Part shown: piece after piece, positions 1-8,483 of the stretch | Layout: each line of letters opens with the position of its first letter | How positions within the stretch are numbered: the first letter of the stretch is position 1 | NCBI GenBank assembly: GCA_964477035.1 | Contig: CAYZCW010000004.1 | Coordinates: 59,882 to 123,881, forward strand | Direction of reading: 5' to 3' | From: an uncultured Bacteroidales bacterium | GTDB lineage: Bacteria; Bacteroidota; Bacteroidia; Bacteroidales; UBA7960 | DNA: 64,000 nt | Position numbers and translations under genes: made by a program | The notes under the pieces: generated by a model | What the model saw: only the letters and a program-made list of their open reading frames with translations | Databases searched by the model: none | Told to the model about the DNA's origin: nothing

Positions 1-1404
1 GTGCAGCCTTTCAGGGAACGTGGTGATCCTGCTGCATTCTTCCGGGTCGCAGACAAATATCCTGAAATCCTTGCCGGCCGCTTCCGCAAGGACCTCCAGG
101 ATGGCGTTCACGTCGGACAGGGCAGTGGTCTCGTCCAGGCTGATGCCAATATGTTGCGCATCGATGTAACGGAAGTTTATGCGCTTTTTCTCTGCCAGTT
201 GTCGCAGCTGGTCCGTATTGACCTGCTCCGGCAGGGCCAGGTGAACGGTGTCAAAGAAGTGGTCGTTCCGTTGTTTGTAACCGTATTTTTCCGCCTCCTG
301 AGACAGCACGCCCGTCAGGATGTTGATGTGCCGCGCAATCTTTTTCAGACCGCCGGGTCCGTGGTACACGGCGTACATCCCTGCCATGATGGCCAGCAAA
401 GCCTGGGCGGTGCAGATATTGGAGGTGGCTTTCTCCCGTTTGATGTGCTGCTCACGGGTCTGCAGGGCCATGCGCAGGGCGGTGTTGCCCAGCTTGTCGA
501 CGGAAGCCCCGATGATGCGGCCCGGTACCTGCCGCTTGAATTCGTCCCTGGTGGCGAAGAAACCTGCGTGGGGTCCCCCGTATCCCATGGGAACGCCGAA
601 ACGCTGGGAAGAGCCCACCACCACATCCGCACCCCATTCTCCGGGGGGGGTCAGCAGGGTCAGGCTGAGCAGGTCGGCCGCCACGGTGATGCGCACACCC
701 GCCTCCCTGGCCTTCTCCACGAAGGAGCTGTGGTCCTCTATCCGTCCGAATCCGTCCGGGTATTGGATCAGGGCGCCAAAGTAGCTGTCATCGAATGCCA
801 TCTCATGGGGGTCGCCGATCACCAGCTCGATCCCCAGCGGGATGGACCGGTTTTTAAGCACATCGATGGTCTGGGGGAAGCAGCGGCCGGAAACAAAGAA
901 CTTGACGGCATTCCTCTTTACGACTTCCCGCGGACGGGCATTGTACAGCATGATCATGGCCTCGGCGGCGGCTGTCCCTTCGTCCAGCAGGGAGGCATTG
1001 GCGATCTCCAGCCCGGTGAGGTCGGCAATCACGGTCTGATAATTCAGCAGGGCTTCCAGACGGCCCTGGGAGATCTCTGCCTGGTAAGGGGTGTAAGAAG
1101 TGTACCATCCCGGGTTCTCCAGGATATTGCGCTGGATGACCCCCGGCAGGATGGTGTTGTAATAGCCCATCCCGATATAGGTGCGGTACAGTTGGTTACG
1201 GGCTCCCAGGGCCTGCAGGTGGCTGATGAACTCATGTTCGTTGAGTCCTTCGGGCAGGTCCAGGTCCTTCTTCAGCCGGATGGAAGCCGGGATGGTCTGG
1301 GTGATTAACTCATCGGTCGATTCCAGGCCGATCGTTTCCAGCATTTTTTGTTCATCGTCCTGGCGGATTCCGTTGTGGCGGTGAATGAAGTTATTGGTAA
1401 GCAT
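1..1404 (-). CDS. gcvP: glycine dehydrogenase (decarboxylating), N-terminal 468 codons; 3' end lies beyond the window
   Basis: Hand translation of the minus strand from ATG 1404-1402 gives MLTNNFIHRHNGIRQDDEQKMLETIGL...YIGMGYYNTILPGVIQRNILENPGWYTSYTPYQAEISQGRLEALLNYQTVIADLTG...SSQRFGVPMGYGGPHAGFFAT, the typical P-protein N-terminus. It is absent from the ORF track because there is no stop in the window. The listed + ORF 1..1308 is its antisense shadow. Confidence 0.93.
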   Translation of the reverse strand, partial: MLTNNFIHRHNGIRQDDEQKMLETIGLESTDELITQTIPASIRLKKDLDLPEGLNEHEFISHLQALGARNQLYRTYIGMGYYNTILPGVIQRNILENPGWYTSYTPYQAEISQGRLEALLNYQTVIADLTGLEIANASLLDEGTAAAEAMIMLYNARPREVVKRNAVKFFVSGRCFPQTIDVLKNRSIPLGIELVIGDPHEMAFDDSYFGALIQYPDGFGRIEDHSSFVEKAREAGVRITVAADLLSLTLLTPPGEWGADVVVGSSQRFGVPMGYGGPHAGFFATRDEFKRQVPGRIIGASVDKLGNTALRMALQTREQHIKREKATSNICTAQALLAIMAGMYAVYHGPGGLKKIARHINILTGVLSQEAEKYGYKQRNDHFFDTVHLALPEQVNTDQLRQLAEKKRINFRYIDAQHIGISLDETTALSDVNAILEVLAEAAGKDFRIFVCDPEECSRITTFPERLH

Positions 1405-1466
1405 ATGGTTTTTGGGGAATTAGTGACTATATATCAACAAATCAACAAAACAACAAATGATATGAC

Positions 1467-2054
1467 CTATTGGTTCAGGTGCTCCCGGGTAAAATCCCGG
1501 CCCGCCCCCAGGGCATCCAGGTTCAGTTTCACCAGGTCCTCTCCTTTCCGGCCGAAGACCTGTCGGATGGCCTGTTCCAGTTCTTCGTAGGCGATTTCCA
1601 GGAAGGGCGAGGCCGCACCCAGGACCACCATGTTGGCCGCCTTGGCGCTGCCCAGGCCGGAGGCGATGGTTTCCGCATCGAGGGCCACGTGATGGGGCAG
1701 GGCGCGCACCCGTTCCAGGACCTTTTCCGGGTCCGGGTAAGCGGGTATATTGATGAATGGTTTGGTCGAGGTAATGAGCCAGCCTTCCGGTCCCAGCCAG
1801 GGCAGGTACCTCAGCGACTCCATGGGCTCCACCGAGATGATCATGTCTGCCTTTCCCTGCGGGATCAGGTCGGAGGCGATCTCCCCGGAGGACAGCCTCA
1901 GGTGTGATTGTACGTCCCCGCCCCTTTGGCTCATGCCATGAACCTCGGCCTGTTTCAGGTACAGGCCCGATCCCACCGCTGCATGGCCTATGATGGCGGC
2001 GATGGACAGGATCCCTTGTCCGCCGACGCCTGCAAGGATGATATCTTTCTTCAT
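1467..2054 (-). CDS. iorB: indolepyruvate/2-oxoacid:ferredoxin oxidoreductase, beta (gamma-like) subunit
   Basis: MKKDIILAGVGGQGILS...AEVHGMSQRGG motif typical of IorB/POR-gamma. Lies directly downstream of iorA. Start chosen at the MKKD ATG (2054); the ORF is open to 2096. Confidence 0.85.
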   Translation of the reverse strand: MKKDIILAGVGGQGILSIAAIIGHAAVGSGLYLKQAEVHGMSQRGGDVQSHLRLSSGEIASDLIPQGKADMIISVEPMESLRYLPWLGPEGWLITSTKPFINIPAYPDPEKVLERVRALPHHVALDAETIASGLGSAKAANMVVLGAASPFLEIAYEELEQAIRQVFGRKGEDLVKLNLDALGAGRDFTREHLNQ

Positions 2055-2101
2055 GATGTGGGGGTTTACAGTGAAATGATTGCCGGCAGTGTCCACCGGG
2101 A

Positions 2102-3721
2102 TTATTTATTTTCGGCCGCTTTGGCCTTGAACTTGGCACGCATCCGCTTGTTGAGGGTCTGTATGCATTCCCGGCGGGGGATGATCACGGACACCCCTTC
2201 GTATTGCAGCTCCTCCAGGATGATGCGTGTGTTTTCCTCATGCTGCTTTCTCAGGGGCTTGATTACCCGGATGTGTTCTTCCTCCACACCGACCCCACGG
2301 CAAAGATCTTCAATGTGGTCCAGGGCGGCGGAAGGCTGTCCGCCTGTCATCCCGGTGGTGGCATTGTCCAGGATGAAGACGGTGATGTTCGATTTGTCAT
2401 TCACTGCATCGAGCAATCCGGTGATGCCGGAATGGGTAAAAGTGCTGTCCCCGATCACGGCGACGGAGGGGTGCATGCCTGCGTCGGCCGCGCCTTTGGC
2501 CATGGTGATGGAAGCGCCCATGTCGACACAGGAATTGATCGATTCGTAAGGGGGCAGGGCTCCCAGGGTGTAACATCCGATGTCTGAAAACACCCTTCCC
2601 TTGCCAAATTGTTCGATGGCTTCGTTCAGGCCAATATAGGTGTCGATGTGGGGGCAGCCTTTGCAAAGGGAAGGCGGCCGCGGGGCCACAAGATCGGGGA
2701 CGGGCGTGACGGGTTCCTGCCGGAAACCAAGGGCGGCAGCAACGAGGTTGGGGTTTAGCTCCCCCGCCATGGGCAGGGTGCCGTCCAGGCGCCCGCGGAC
2801 CTCTTTGCCTTTGTTAAGCAGTCCTTTGAGCATTTCTTCCACAAGGGGGTAGCCTTCTTCCAGCACCAGGATGGCGTCGCATTGCTCATAAAGCCTTTCG
2901 ACGAGGCCGGAAGGCACCGGGTACTGGGAGATCTTGACCACCGGATGGGGTGCCTTTCGTCCCGGGTAATTTTCCAGAAGGTAGTTGTAGGCCAGCCCGC
3001 AGGCAATGATGCCCAGAGAAAGATCATCTCCCTCCATATAGCGGTTGTAGGCAGATTGTTCCGACTCTTGCAGGAAATGCTGCTGCAGGGCGATGTGTTT
3101 CTGGTATTTCTTCCTGGCGATGGCCGGAAGCAGCACAAACTGGCGAAGGTCCTCCGGCAGCTTGAACTGGTTCTGCGGCCGTGAGGCCTTTCTTGCCACG
3201 TTTGCCCTGGAGTGGGCCAGCCTCGTGGTGATGCGCAACATCACCGGCACCCGGTATTTTTCCGACAGTTCGAAACCGTCGTGGACCATGTCATAGGCCT
3301 CCTGCTGGTTGGAAGGCTCAAGGATCGGGATCATGGCAAATTTTCCAAAAAAACGGGAGTCCTGCTCGTTCTGGGAAGAATGCATGGAGGGGTCGTCCGC
3401 CACCACGAAGATCAGTCCCCCGTTCGCCCCGGTCAGGGCCGAATTGATGAACGGGTCGGCCGCTACGTTGAGGCCGACATGCTTCATGCAGGTCATGGCC
3501 CGCTTCCCGGCATAAGACATGCCCAGGGCGGCTTCCGCTGCGGTTTTTTCATTGGCACACCAGGTGGCCACGATGCCTTTCTCCCGGGCTTCACGCGATG
3601 CGATCACGTATTCAGTGATCTCGGTGGAAGGTGTTCCGGGATAGGCGTAAATGCCCGACATGCCGGCATCGATGCCGGCCTGCGCAATGGCTTCATCGCC
3701 CAGAAACAGGTTTTTTTGCAT
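2102..3721 (-). CDS. iorA: indolepyruvate ferredoxin oxidoreductase alpha subunit (TPP-dependent)
   Basis: 539 aa. N-terminus LGDEAIAQAGIDAGMSGIYAYPGTPSTEI. TPP-binding region GDSTFTHSGITGLLDAV...ILDNATTGMTGGQ. Paired with iorB. Confidence 0.85.
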   Translation of the reverse strand: MQKNLFLGDEAIAQAGIDAGMSGIYAYPGTPSTEITEYVIASREAREKGIVATWCANEKTAAEAALGMSYAGKRAMTCMKHVGLNVAADPFINSALTGANGGLIFVVADDPSMHSSQNEQDSRFFGKFAMIPILEPSNQQEAYDMVHDGFELSEKYRVPVMLRITTRLAHSRANVARKASRPQNQFKLPEDLRQFVLLPAIARKKYQKHIALQQHFLQESEQSAYNRYMEGDDLSLGIIACGLAYNYLLENYPGRKAPHPVVKISQYPVPSGLVERLYEQCDAILVLEEGYPLVEEMLKGLLNKGKEVRGRLDGTLPMAGELNPNLVAAALGFRQEPVTPVPDLVAPRPPSLCKGCPHIDTYIGLNEAIEQFGKGRVFSDIGCYTLGALPPYESINSCVDMGASITMAKGAADAGMHPSVAVIGDSTFTHSGITGLLDAVNDKSNITVFILDNATTGMTGGQPSAALDHIEDLCRGVGVEEEHIRVIKPLRKQHEENTRIILEELQYEGVSVIIPRRECIQTLNKRMRAKFKAKAAENK

Positions 3722-3771
3722 GGGTGGTTCTCTTTTGGTTGGGTCGGATAAGGCTTTATTTTCTGTTGGTG

Positions 3772-3779
3772 CAAAACTA
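3772..3779 (-). promoter_or_regulatory. Bacteroidota-type -7 box TAGTTTTG (TAnnTTTG) upstream of iorA
   Basis: Exact consensus match on the minus strand, about 50 nt upstream of the iorA ATG, in an AT-rich gap. Confidence 0.45.
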
Positions 3780-3847
3780 TAAAATTCCCCTTGATCCGGC
3801 CAGCGATTTCACACAAAAACGGCTGAAAAATAAATCAATTGATCCTG

Positions 3848-3870
3848 TTTTGGTGTAATTTTTGGTGTAA
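3848..3870 (+). promoter_or_regulatory. tandem direct repeat TTTTGGTGTAA (x2, period 12) upstream of acpH
   Basis: ttttggtgtaa-t-ttttggtgtaa at 3848-3858 and 3860-3870, 53-75 nt upstream of ATG 3923. Candidate transcription-factor site. Confidence 0.3.
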
Positions 3871-3922
3871 CTTTAACTACAAATACCCGAAAAAGTATTT
3901 ATCGATTTTTTTGCATCAACCG

Positions 3923-4531
3923 ATGAACTTTTTGGCCCATCTGTACCTTTCCGGCAATGATGAAGACCTCATCGTGGGGAACTTTATTGCCGACATGGTG
4001 AAGGGCCGGCAGATTGAGAATTTCAACGGCAATATCGTGAAGGGAATCAAGCTGCACCGGAAGATTGATGCCTTCACTGACAGCCATCCGATTGTCGATC
4101 AGAGCAAGATGCGTCTCCGCAATAAATACCGGCTTTATTCCGGGGTGATTGTCGATATGTTCTACGACCACTTCCTGGCCAGGAACTGGCGGGAATACTC
4201 CCGGCTGCCCCTGTCCAAATTTGTCCGCAGCGCCTACCAGCTCTTGCTGAAGAACTATTTCCTGTTGCCTGTCAGGGCGCGCAATGTGCTGCCATTTATG
4301 ATCGCGTCCAACTGGCTGGTGAATTATGCCCACCTGGACAAGCTGAACAGCCATATGCAAGGCATGGCCCGCCGCACCCCATTCAATTCGGGCATGGAAA
4401 ATGCCGTGGAGGACCTCAAAAAACACTACGATGACTTCGGAAATGAATTTTCCGCCTTCTTCCCGGAACTGATCGCCTTTGTGGAACGTCAGGGGGTGGT
4501 GAACCAACACCATTTCGGCAGGGACGACTGA
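3923..4531 (+). CDS. acpH: acyl carrier protein phosphodiesterase
   Basis: MNFLAHLYLSGNDEDLIVGNFIADMVKG... is the characteristic AcpH N-terminus. Start taken at internal ATG 3923 rather than the TTG at 3839. Confidence 0.8.
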   Translation: MNFLAHLYLSGNDEDLIVGNFIADMVKGRQIENFNGNIVKGIKLHRKIDAFTDSHPIVDQSKMRLRNKYRLYSGVIVDMFYDHFLARNWREYSRLPLSKFVRSAYQLLLKNYFLLPVRARNVLPFMIASNWLVNYAHLDKLNSHMQGMARRTPFNSGMENAVEDLKKHYDDFGNEFSAFFPELIAFVERQGVVNQHHFGRDD

Positions 4532-4554
4532 TCCGCTCAGAAGATGCCGTGATC

Positions 4555-5520
4555 CTAATAGAAGGATCCGTTGACAAGGTAGTCCAGCACATAATCCTCG
4601 ATCCCTTCCTCCAGGCTGAAAAAGCCCTCGGTATAGCCTGCCCCGCGCAACTTGTCCATGCGGGCCTCCGTGAAATACTGGTACTTTTCACGAATGTCTT
4701 CCGGGGTGTCGATGAATTCAATCCGGGCCTCCTGCCCCATGGCGGAAAAGGTGGCCCTGGCCAGGGCCAGGAAGGTGCGTGCCTGGCCCGTTCCCAGATT
4801 ATACAGCCCCGGAGGCATCTTGTGAATCATCATGTGGACGCAGACCCTGACCACGTCCTTTACGTAGATGAAATCCCGCAGTTGCTCCCCGTCCCGGTAT
4901 GCCGGCCGGTGCGAACGGAACAGCTTCATTCTTCCCGTATCCCGGATCTGAAGGAAGGTATGATACACGACCGAGGCCATTCTTCCCTTGTGGTATTCAT
5001 TCGGCCCGTACACATTGAAAAATTTCAACCCGGCCCAGAAGGGAGGTGCTGCTTTTTGCTGCAGGGCCCATTTGTCAAAATCGTTCTTGCTTTCTCCATA
5101 GGGGTTGAGCGGACGCAGGCGGTTCACCAGCGCATGATCGTCTTCGTATCCATGTTCTCCGGCTCCGTATGTGGCAGCCGAAGAGGCGTAGACCAGTGGC
5201 AGCCCGTAACGGGAACAGGCCTGCCACATGGTTTTTGAATAGTTCAGGTTGAGCCGGTCGAACACGCGGACATCGAACTCGGTGGTATCGGTACGGGCGC
5301 CGATATGGTAGACAAATGCAACTTTTTGGTGGTTCTTGTCGAGCCAATGGAAAAATTGGTCGCGATGTACCTGTTGCAGGTAGGTCTTGCCCTTCAGGTT
5401 CTGGTTCTTCCGGGGATCAGAAAAATCATCCACCAGGACAAGGTCCCTGAAGCCTTTGTTGTTCAGCTTGTTGGCAAGGCAACTTCCGATAAATCCGGCT
5501 GCGCCGGTCACGACAATCAT
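4555..5520 (-). CDS. hldD: ADP-L-glycero-D-manno-heptose 6-epimerase-like NAD-dependent epimerase
   Basis: MIVVTGAAGFIGSCLANKLNNKG (Rossmann GxxGxxG), ...LVYASSAATYG..., overall HldD/RfaD-like. Start at ATG 5520. Confidence 0.8.
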   Translation of the reverse strand: MIVVTGAAGFIGSCLANKLNNKGFRDLVLVDDFSDPRKNQNLKGKTYLQQVHRDQFFHWLDKNHQKVAFVYHIGARTDTTEFDVRVFDRLNLNYSKTMWQACSRYGLPLVYASSAATYGAGEHGYEDDHALVNRLRPLNPYGESKNDFDKWALQQKAAPPFWAGLKFFNVYGPNEYHKGRMASVVYHTFLQIRDTGRMKLFRSHRPAYRDGEQLRDFIYVKDVVRVCVHMMIHKMPPGLYNLGTGQARTFLALARATFSAMGQEARIEFIDTPEDIREKYQYFTEARMDKLRGAGYTEGFFSLEEGIEDYVLDYLVNGSFY

Positions 5521-5533
5521 GGCGGAAGGTGGT

Positions 5534-6940
5534 TTAATCCATTTTGTTGGGCAGTTCCAGTCCGTAGCCACTGGTTTTATCGTCCCGTTTCAGCATCCAG
5601 GCAAACACCAGCCCGAACACCCCGAGCAGGGCCATCATGAGAAGGGGCATGGTGTAGTCGTAAACCGCACTGCCTCCGGCGGCCAGGGTTTCTGCCACCC
5701 CTGGGTTGTAATGGTCGAGGACCACCCCGATCAGCCAGGGGAAGAGCATCAGCCCGAGGGCCTGGATGGTGAACATGACCCCGTAGGCAGTCCCTATTTT
5801 ATTGGTTTCTACTATTTTGGCAACGGCAGGCCACATGGCTGCAGGCACCAGGGAGAATGCCACCCCCAGGACGAACATGGGAATATATGGGGTGAGGCTG
5901 GTTCCTGCAAAGCTCAGGTGTACCAGGACCAGCAGCAGGCTGCCCAGGAGCATGAGGGATGCCGACCGGCCCTTGTAGTCACAAATATAGCCGAAGATGG
6001 GGGTGAAGACCAGGGTGCCGAATGGCAGGATGGATGCGATGTCTCCGGCCAGGGTCGGATTGACCCCGTATTTGTTGATCATCAGGTCGGGCGCATATTT
6101 CATAAAAGGGAACACAGCGGAGTAAAAGGTGACACAGAGCAGGGAGATGATGATGAAGCTCCTGTTGGTGATCAGCTTGCCCAGGTCGCTGAGCCGGAAC
6201 TCTTCGGTGGGATCCGTCTCCAGGCGTTCTTTGACCTCCCTGTCGAAACGGATGTCCCAGATCATATAGACGAGGAAGGCCAGCAGCCCGATGCCCAGCA
6301 ACAGGGCACCGAACCAGATGGGGGCGGTCCAGTTGTTCCACAGGGGCAGGGTGGCGGCACTGTCGATGATCAGCCGGGGAGACAGGATCATGGCAGCCCC
6401 CATGCCCAGCCTGGCGATGGCAATGTTGAGCCCCAGGGCCAGGGCAATCTCCTTCCCTTTGAACCACTTGACAATCACCTTGGAGATGACCACGATGCTT
6501 GTCTCCGCGCCCAGTCCGAAAAGGAAAAAGCCCAGGGAGGTCATCTTCAGGGCCGGGGAATAACCGGTCAGGAAGGAGTTCATGAAGTCGTAGGCAAAGC
6601 CGCCCTGGTTGAAATGGGGGGAGGCGCCGTAGGCCGTGATGGCGGCCCCTATGAACTGTATGAAGATAAAGGCAAAGCCGGTGATGCGGATCCCGATCTT
6701 ATCCAGGATGACGCCTCCCACCACGGCCATCAGGAGAAACACGTTCGGAATGGAATAGGCCGCGGTAAAGAAGCCGTAATCGGCCGAACTGAATCCCAGC
6801 TCGCGCTCCATCAGGAACTTCAGCGGGGAGATGGCATCATAAAAATAGTAGTTGGTGGCCATGGTCAGGCTGACCAGCAACATGATCCCCCAGCGGTTCA
6901 GCGGGTAATCATTGATTCTCCTCTTAATGGCTTCAACCAT
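5534..6940 (-). CDS. MFS transporter
   Basis: 468 aa, about 12 predicted hydrophobic helices, MFS-like loop motifs. Substrate unknown. Confidence 0.8.
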   Translation of the reverse strand: MVEAIKRRINDYPLNRWGIMLLVSLTMATNYYFYDAISPLKFLMERELGFSSADYGFFTAAYSIPNVFLLMAVVGGVILDKIGIRITGFAFIFIQFIGAAITAYGASPHFNQGGFAYDFMNSFLTGYSPALKMTSLGFFLFGLGAETSIVVISKVIVKWFKGKEIALALGLNIAIARLGMGAAMILSPRLIIDSAATLPLWNNWTAPIWFGALLLGIGLLAFLVYMIWDIRFDREVKERLETDPTEEFRLSDLGKLITNRSFIIISLLCVTFYSAVFPFMKYAPDLMINKYGVNPTLAGDIASILPFGTLVFTPIFGYICDYKGRSASLMLLGSLLLVLVHLSFAGTSLTPYIPMFVLGVAFSLVPAAMWPAVAKIVETNKIGTAYGVMFTIQALGLMLFPWLIGVVLDHYNPGVAETLAAGGSAVYDYTMPLLMMALLGVFGLVFAWMLKRDDKTSGYGLELPNKMD

Positions 6941-6960
6941 GAATGTGTCAGTTTTCAGTG

Positions 6961-6989
6961 AATAAAAAAACCCTTGCAGGGCAAAGGGT
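6961..6989 (-). terminator. intrinsic terminator after the M23-MerR operon
   Basis: Minus-strand RNA: ACCCUU-ugcccugc-AAGGGU (6-bp stem) followed by UUUUUUAUU. The stem begins at the MerR stop codon. Confidence 0.6.
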
Positions 6990-7324
6990 CACAATTGATT
7001 TTTCAGGTCTTGCAGGAAGGCCTTCATGCGGTCCAGGGTCTTGACGATCTCAAATTCTTTGGCCAGTTTGTCGGGGTTTTCCTTCAGCTTATCCCTGGCC
7101 CCCTGCAGCGTATAACCCCTTTCCTTGACAAGGTGGTAGATCAGGTGGAAGTTGTCCACGTCCTTCGGGGTGAACAGGCGGTTCCCCTTCTTGTTCTTAT
7201 GGGGCCGGATGATGTCGAATTCCTTCTCCCAGAAACGGATCAGGGATGGGTTCACCCCGAACATCCGGGCGACTTCACCAATGGAGTAATACACACGCTG
7301 GGCATGGGGATCCGGCTGGCTCAT
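6989..7324 (-). CDS. MerR-family HTH transcriptional regulator
   Basis: YYSIGEVARMFGVNPSLIRFWEKEF...RPHKNKKGNRLFT is a MerR-type HTH. Its start overlaps the upstream M23 gene stop by 1 nt (TGATG). Confidence 0.8.
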   Translation of the reverse strand: MSQPDPHAQRVYYSIGEVARMFGVNPSLIRFWEKEFDIIRPHKNKKGNRLFTPKDVDNFHLIYHLVKERGYTLQGARDKLKENPDKLAKEFEIVKTLDRMKAFLQDLKNQL

Positions 7325-8292
7325 CAGGAGAGGCTTTGGTTCACCCTGGAAGCGACCTCGATGATGTATTCGAACTCTTCTGGGGAGAGGTCGTTGTAGA
7401 AATAATTGATGGGGTTCACCTTGCGCCCGTTGCGGATGACCTCGTAATGCAGGTGGGGAGCCGTGGATATGCCGGTATTGCCGACCAGTCCGATGACCTC
7501 TCCACGGGTGATCTGCTGACCGGGCCGCACCTGGATCTGGCTCAGGTGGGCATAGAGGGTTTCATAGCCATAACCATGGTCGATCACGACCATGCGTCCG
7601 TAACCGTGGTTGTTGCGTTCTGCAGTGACCACCACCCCATTTCCCGTGGCGTATATGGGGGTTCCGGTATTGGCAAGAAAATCCACCCCGGTATGCATCC
7701 TCAGGGTCTTGTATACCGGGTGGATGCGGTAGCCAAAGCCCGAAACCAGGCTCTCAGACCCCCTGGCGATCGGGACGATGGCCGGAATGGAGGCCAGCAT
7801 GTCGGCCTTGTTTTTGGCCATCTCAAACACCTCGTCGTACGACTTGGACTGGATGTAGGTCTGCCTGGCCAGCTCATCGAAACGCTGCACGGTGGCTGAG
7901 ATGACCTGGCTGTTCTGATACCCTTCGAACTGGGCGTAGCGGTCTGCCCCGCCGAAGGCTCCCTCCCGGATGCTCCGGGGGATGGGCTCCGCCTCGAAGA
8001 TCACACGGTAGATGTGGTCGTCTCTGTCCTGCATGTCCTCGAGTACCGAGGCCAGAATATCCAGCCTGTCGTTCAGTATCTCATACTGCAGGCGGTATTG
8101 CTCAATCTCCCGGCGGAGTACCTTCTCCTTGGGTGAATCAAAAAAAGTATAACCAATACTCAGGACGATGACCGAGAATACCATCCCGGCAAGCACGATC
8201 CGAAGCAAGGCTTTGGCCTTGTCCCAAATGGTTTCGGTGACTTTTTCAACGGTGAGCGACTTGGTGTTGAACAGGTACTTTTCCTTACCCAT
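7324..8292 (-). CDS. M23 family metallopeptidase (membrane anchored)
   Basis: HTGVDFLANTGTPIYATGNGVV...GYG...VIDHGYGYETLYAHLS...GNTGISTAPHLHYEV (HxxxD and HxH M23 motifs). N-terminal TM helix. Confidence 0.88.
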   Translation of the reverse strand: MGKEKYLFNTKSLTVEKVTETIWDKAKALLRIVLAGMVFSVIVLSIGYTFFDSPKEKVLRREIEQYRLQYEILNDRLDILASVLEDMQDRDDHIYRVIFEAEPIPRSIREGAFGGADRYAQFEGYQNSQVISATVQRFDELARQTYIQSKSYDEVFEMAKNKADMLASIPAIVPIARGSESLVSGFGYRIHPVYKTLRMHTGVDFLANTGTPIYATGNGVVVTAERNNHGYGRMVVIDHGYGYETLYAHLSQIQVRPGQQITRGEVIGLVGNTGISTAPHLHYEVIRNGRKVNPINYFYNDLSPEEFEYIIEVASRVNQSLS

Positions 8293-8403
8293 GGGCCGGT
8301 CTGTATACTTGCAGTTTAATGAAACACAAAAACGCCTGCACTCTGTGTGAGTTTCAGGGTTTTTTACGGTTGTGGGGGTGAGGGTCTCCTTGATCCTTCA
8401 GTG

Positions 8404-8411
8404 CAAAACTA
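8404..8411 (-). promoter_or_regulatory. -7 box TAGTTTTG upstream of the M23 peptidase operon
   Basis: Exact TAnnTTTG on the minus strand, about 112 nt upstream of ATG 8292. Confidence 0.35.
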
Positions 8412-8424
8412 ACGAAAAAACCAT

Positions 8425-8432
8425 TAATTTTG
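8425..8432 (+). promoter_or_regulatory. -7 box TAATTTTG upstream of alaS
   Basis: Exact TAnnTTTG 52 nt upstream of ATG 8484. Confidence 0.45.
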
Positions 8433-8483
8433 CGTCTCGGTTTCAAAAATTTTCCCGGTAACTTCATCATCAGACGTCCTTTC

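Noticed and set aside
1-1308. Listed + strand ORF of 435 aa at the window start
   Set aside because: The protein has no recognisable motifs and a Gly/Arg/Pro/His-rich composition. The opposite strand encodes an unmistakable glycine dehydrogenase N-terminus, so this is an antisense shadow ORF.
1405-1466. Glycine riboswitch upstream of gcvP
   Set aside because: Only 62 nt separate the gcvP start from the iorB stop. That is too short for a tandem glycine aptamer, and I saw none of its conserved features.
5387-6961. ORF 5387..6961 (+, 524 aa), and similarly 17870..19681 (-, 603 aa) and 24455..25993 (-, 512 aa)
   Set aside because: They are antisense to the MFS transporter, the 959-aa secreted protein and ahcY respectively, with the same compositional signature and no recognisable domains.
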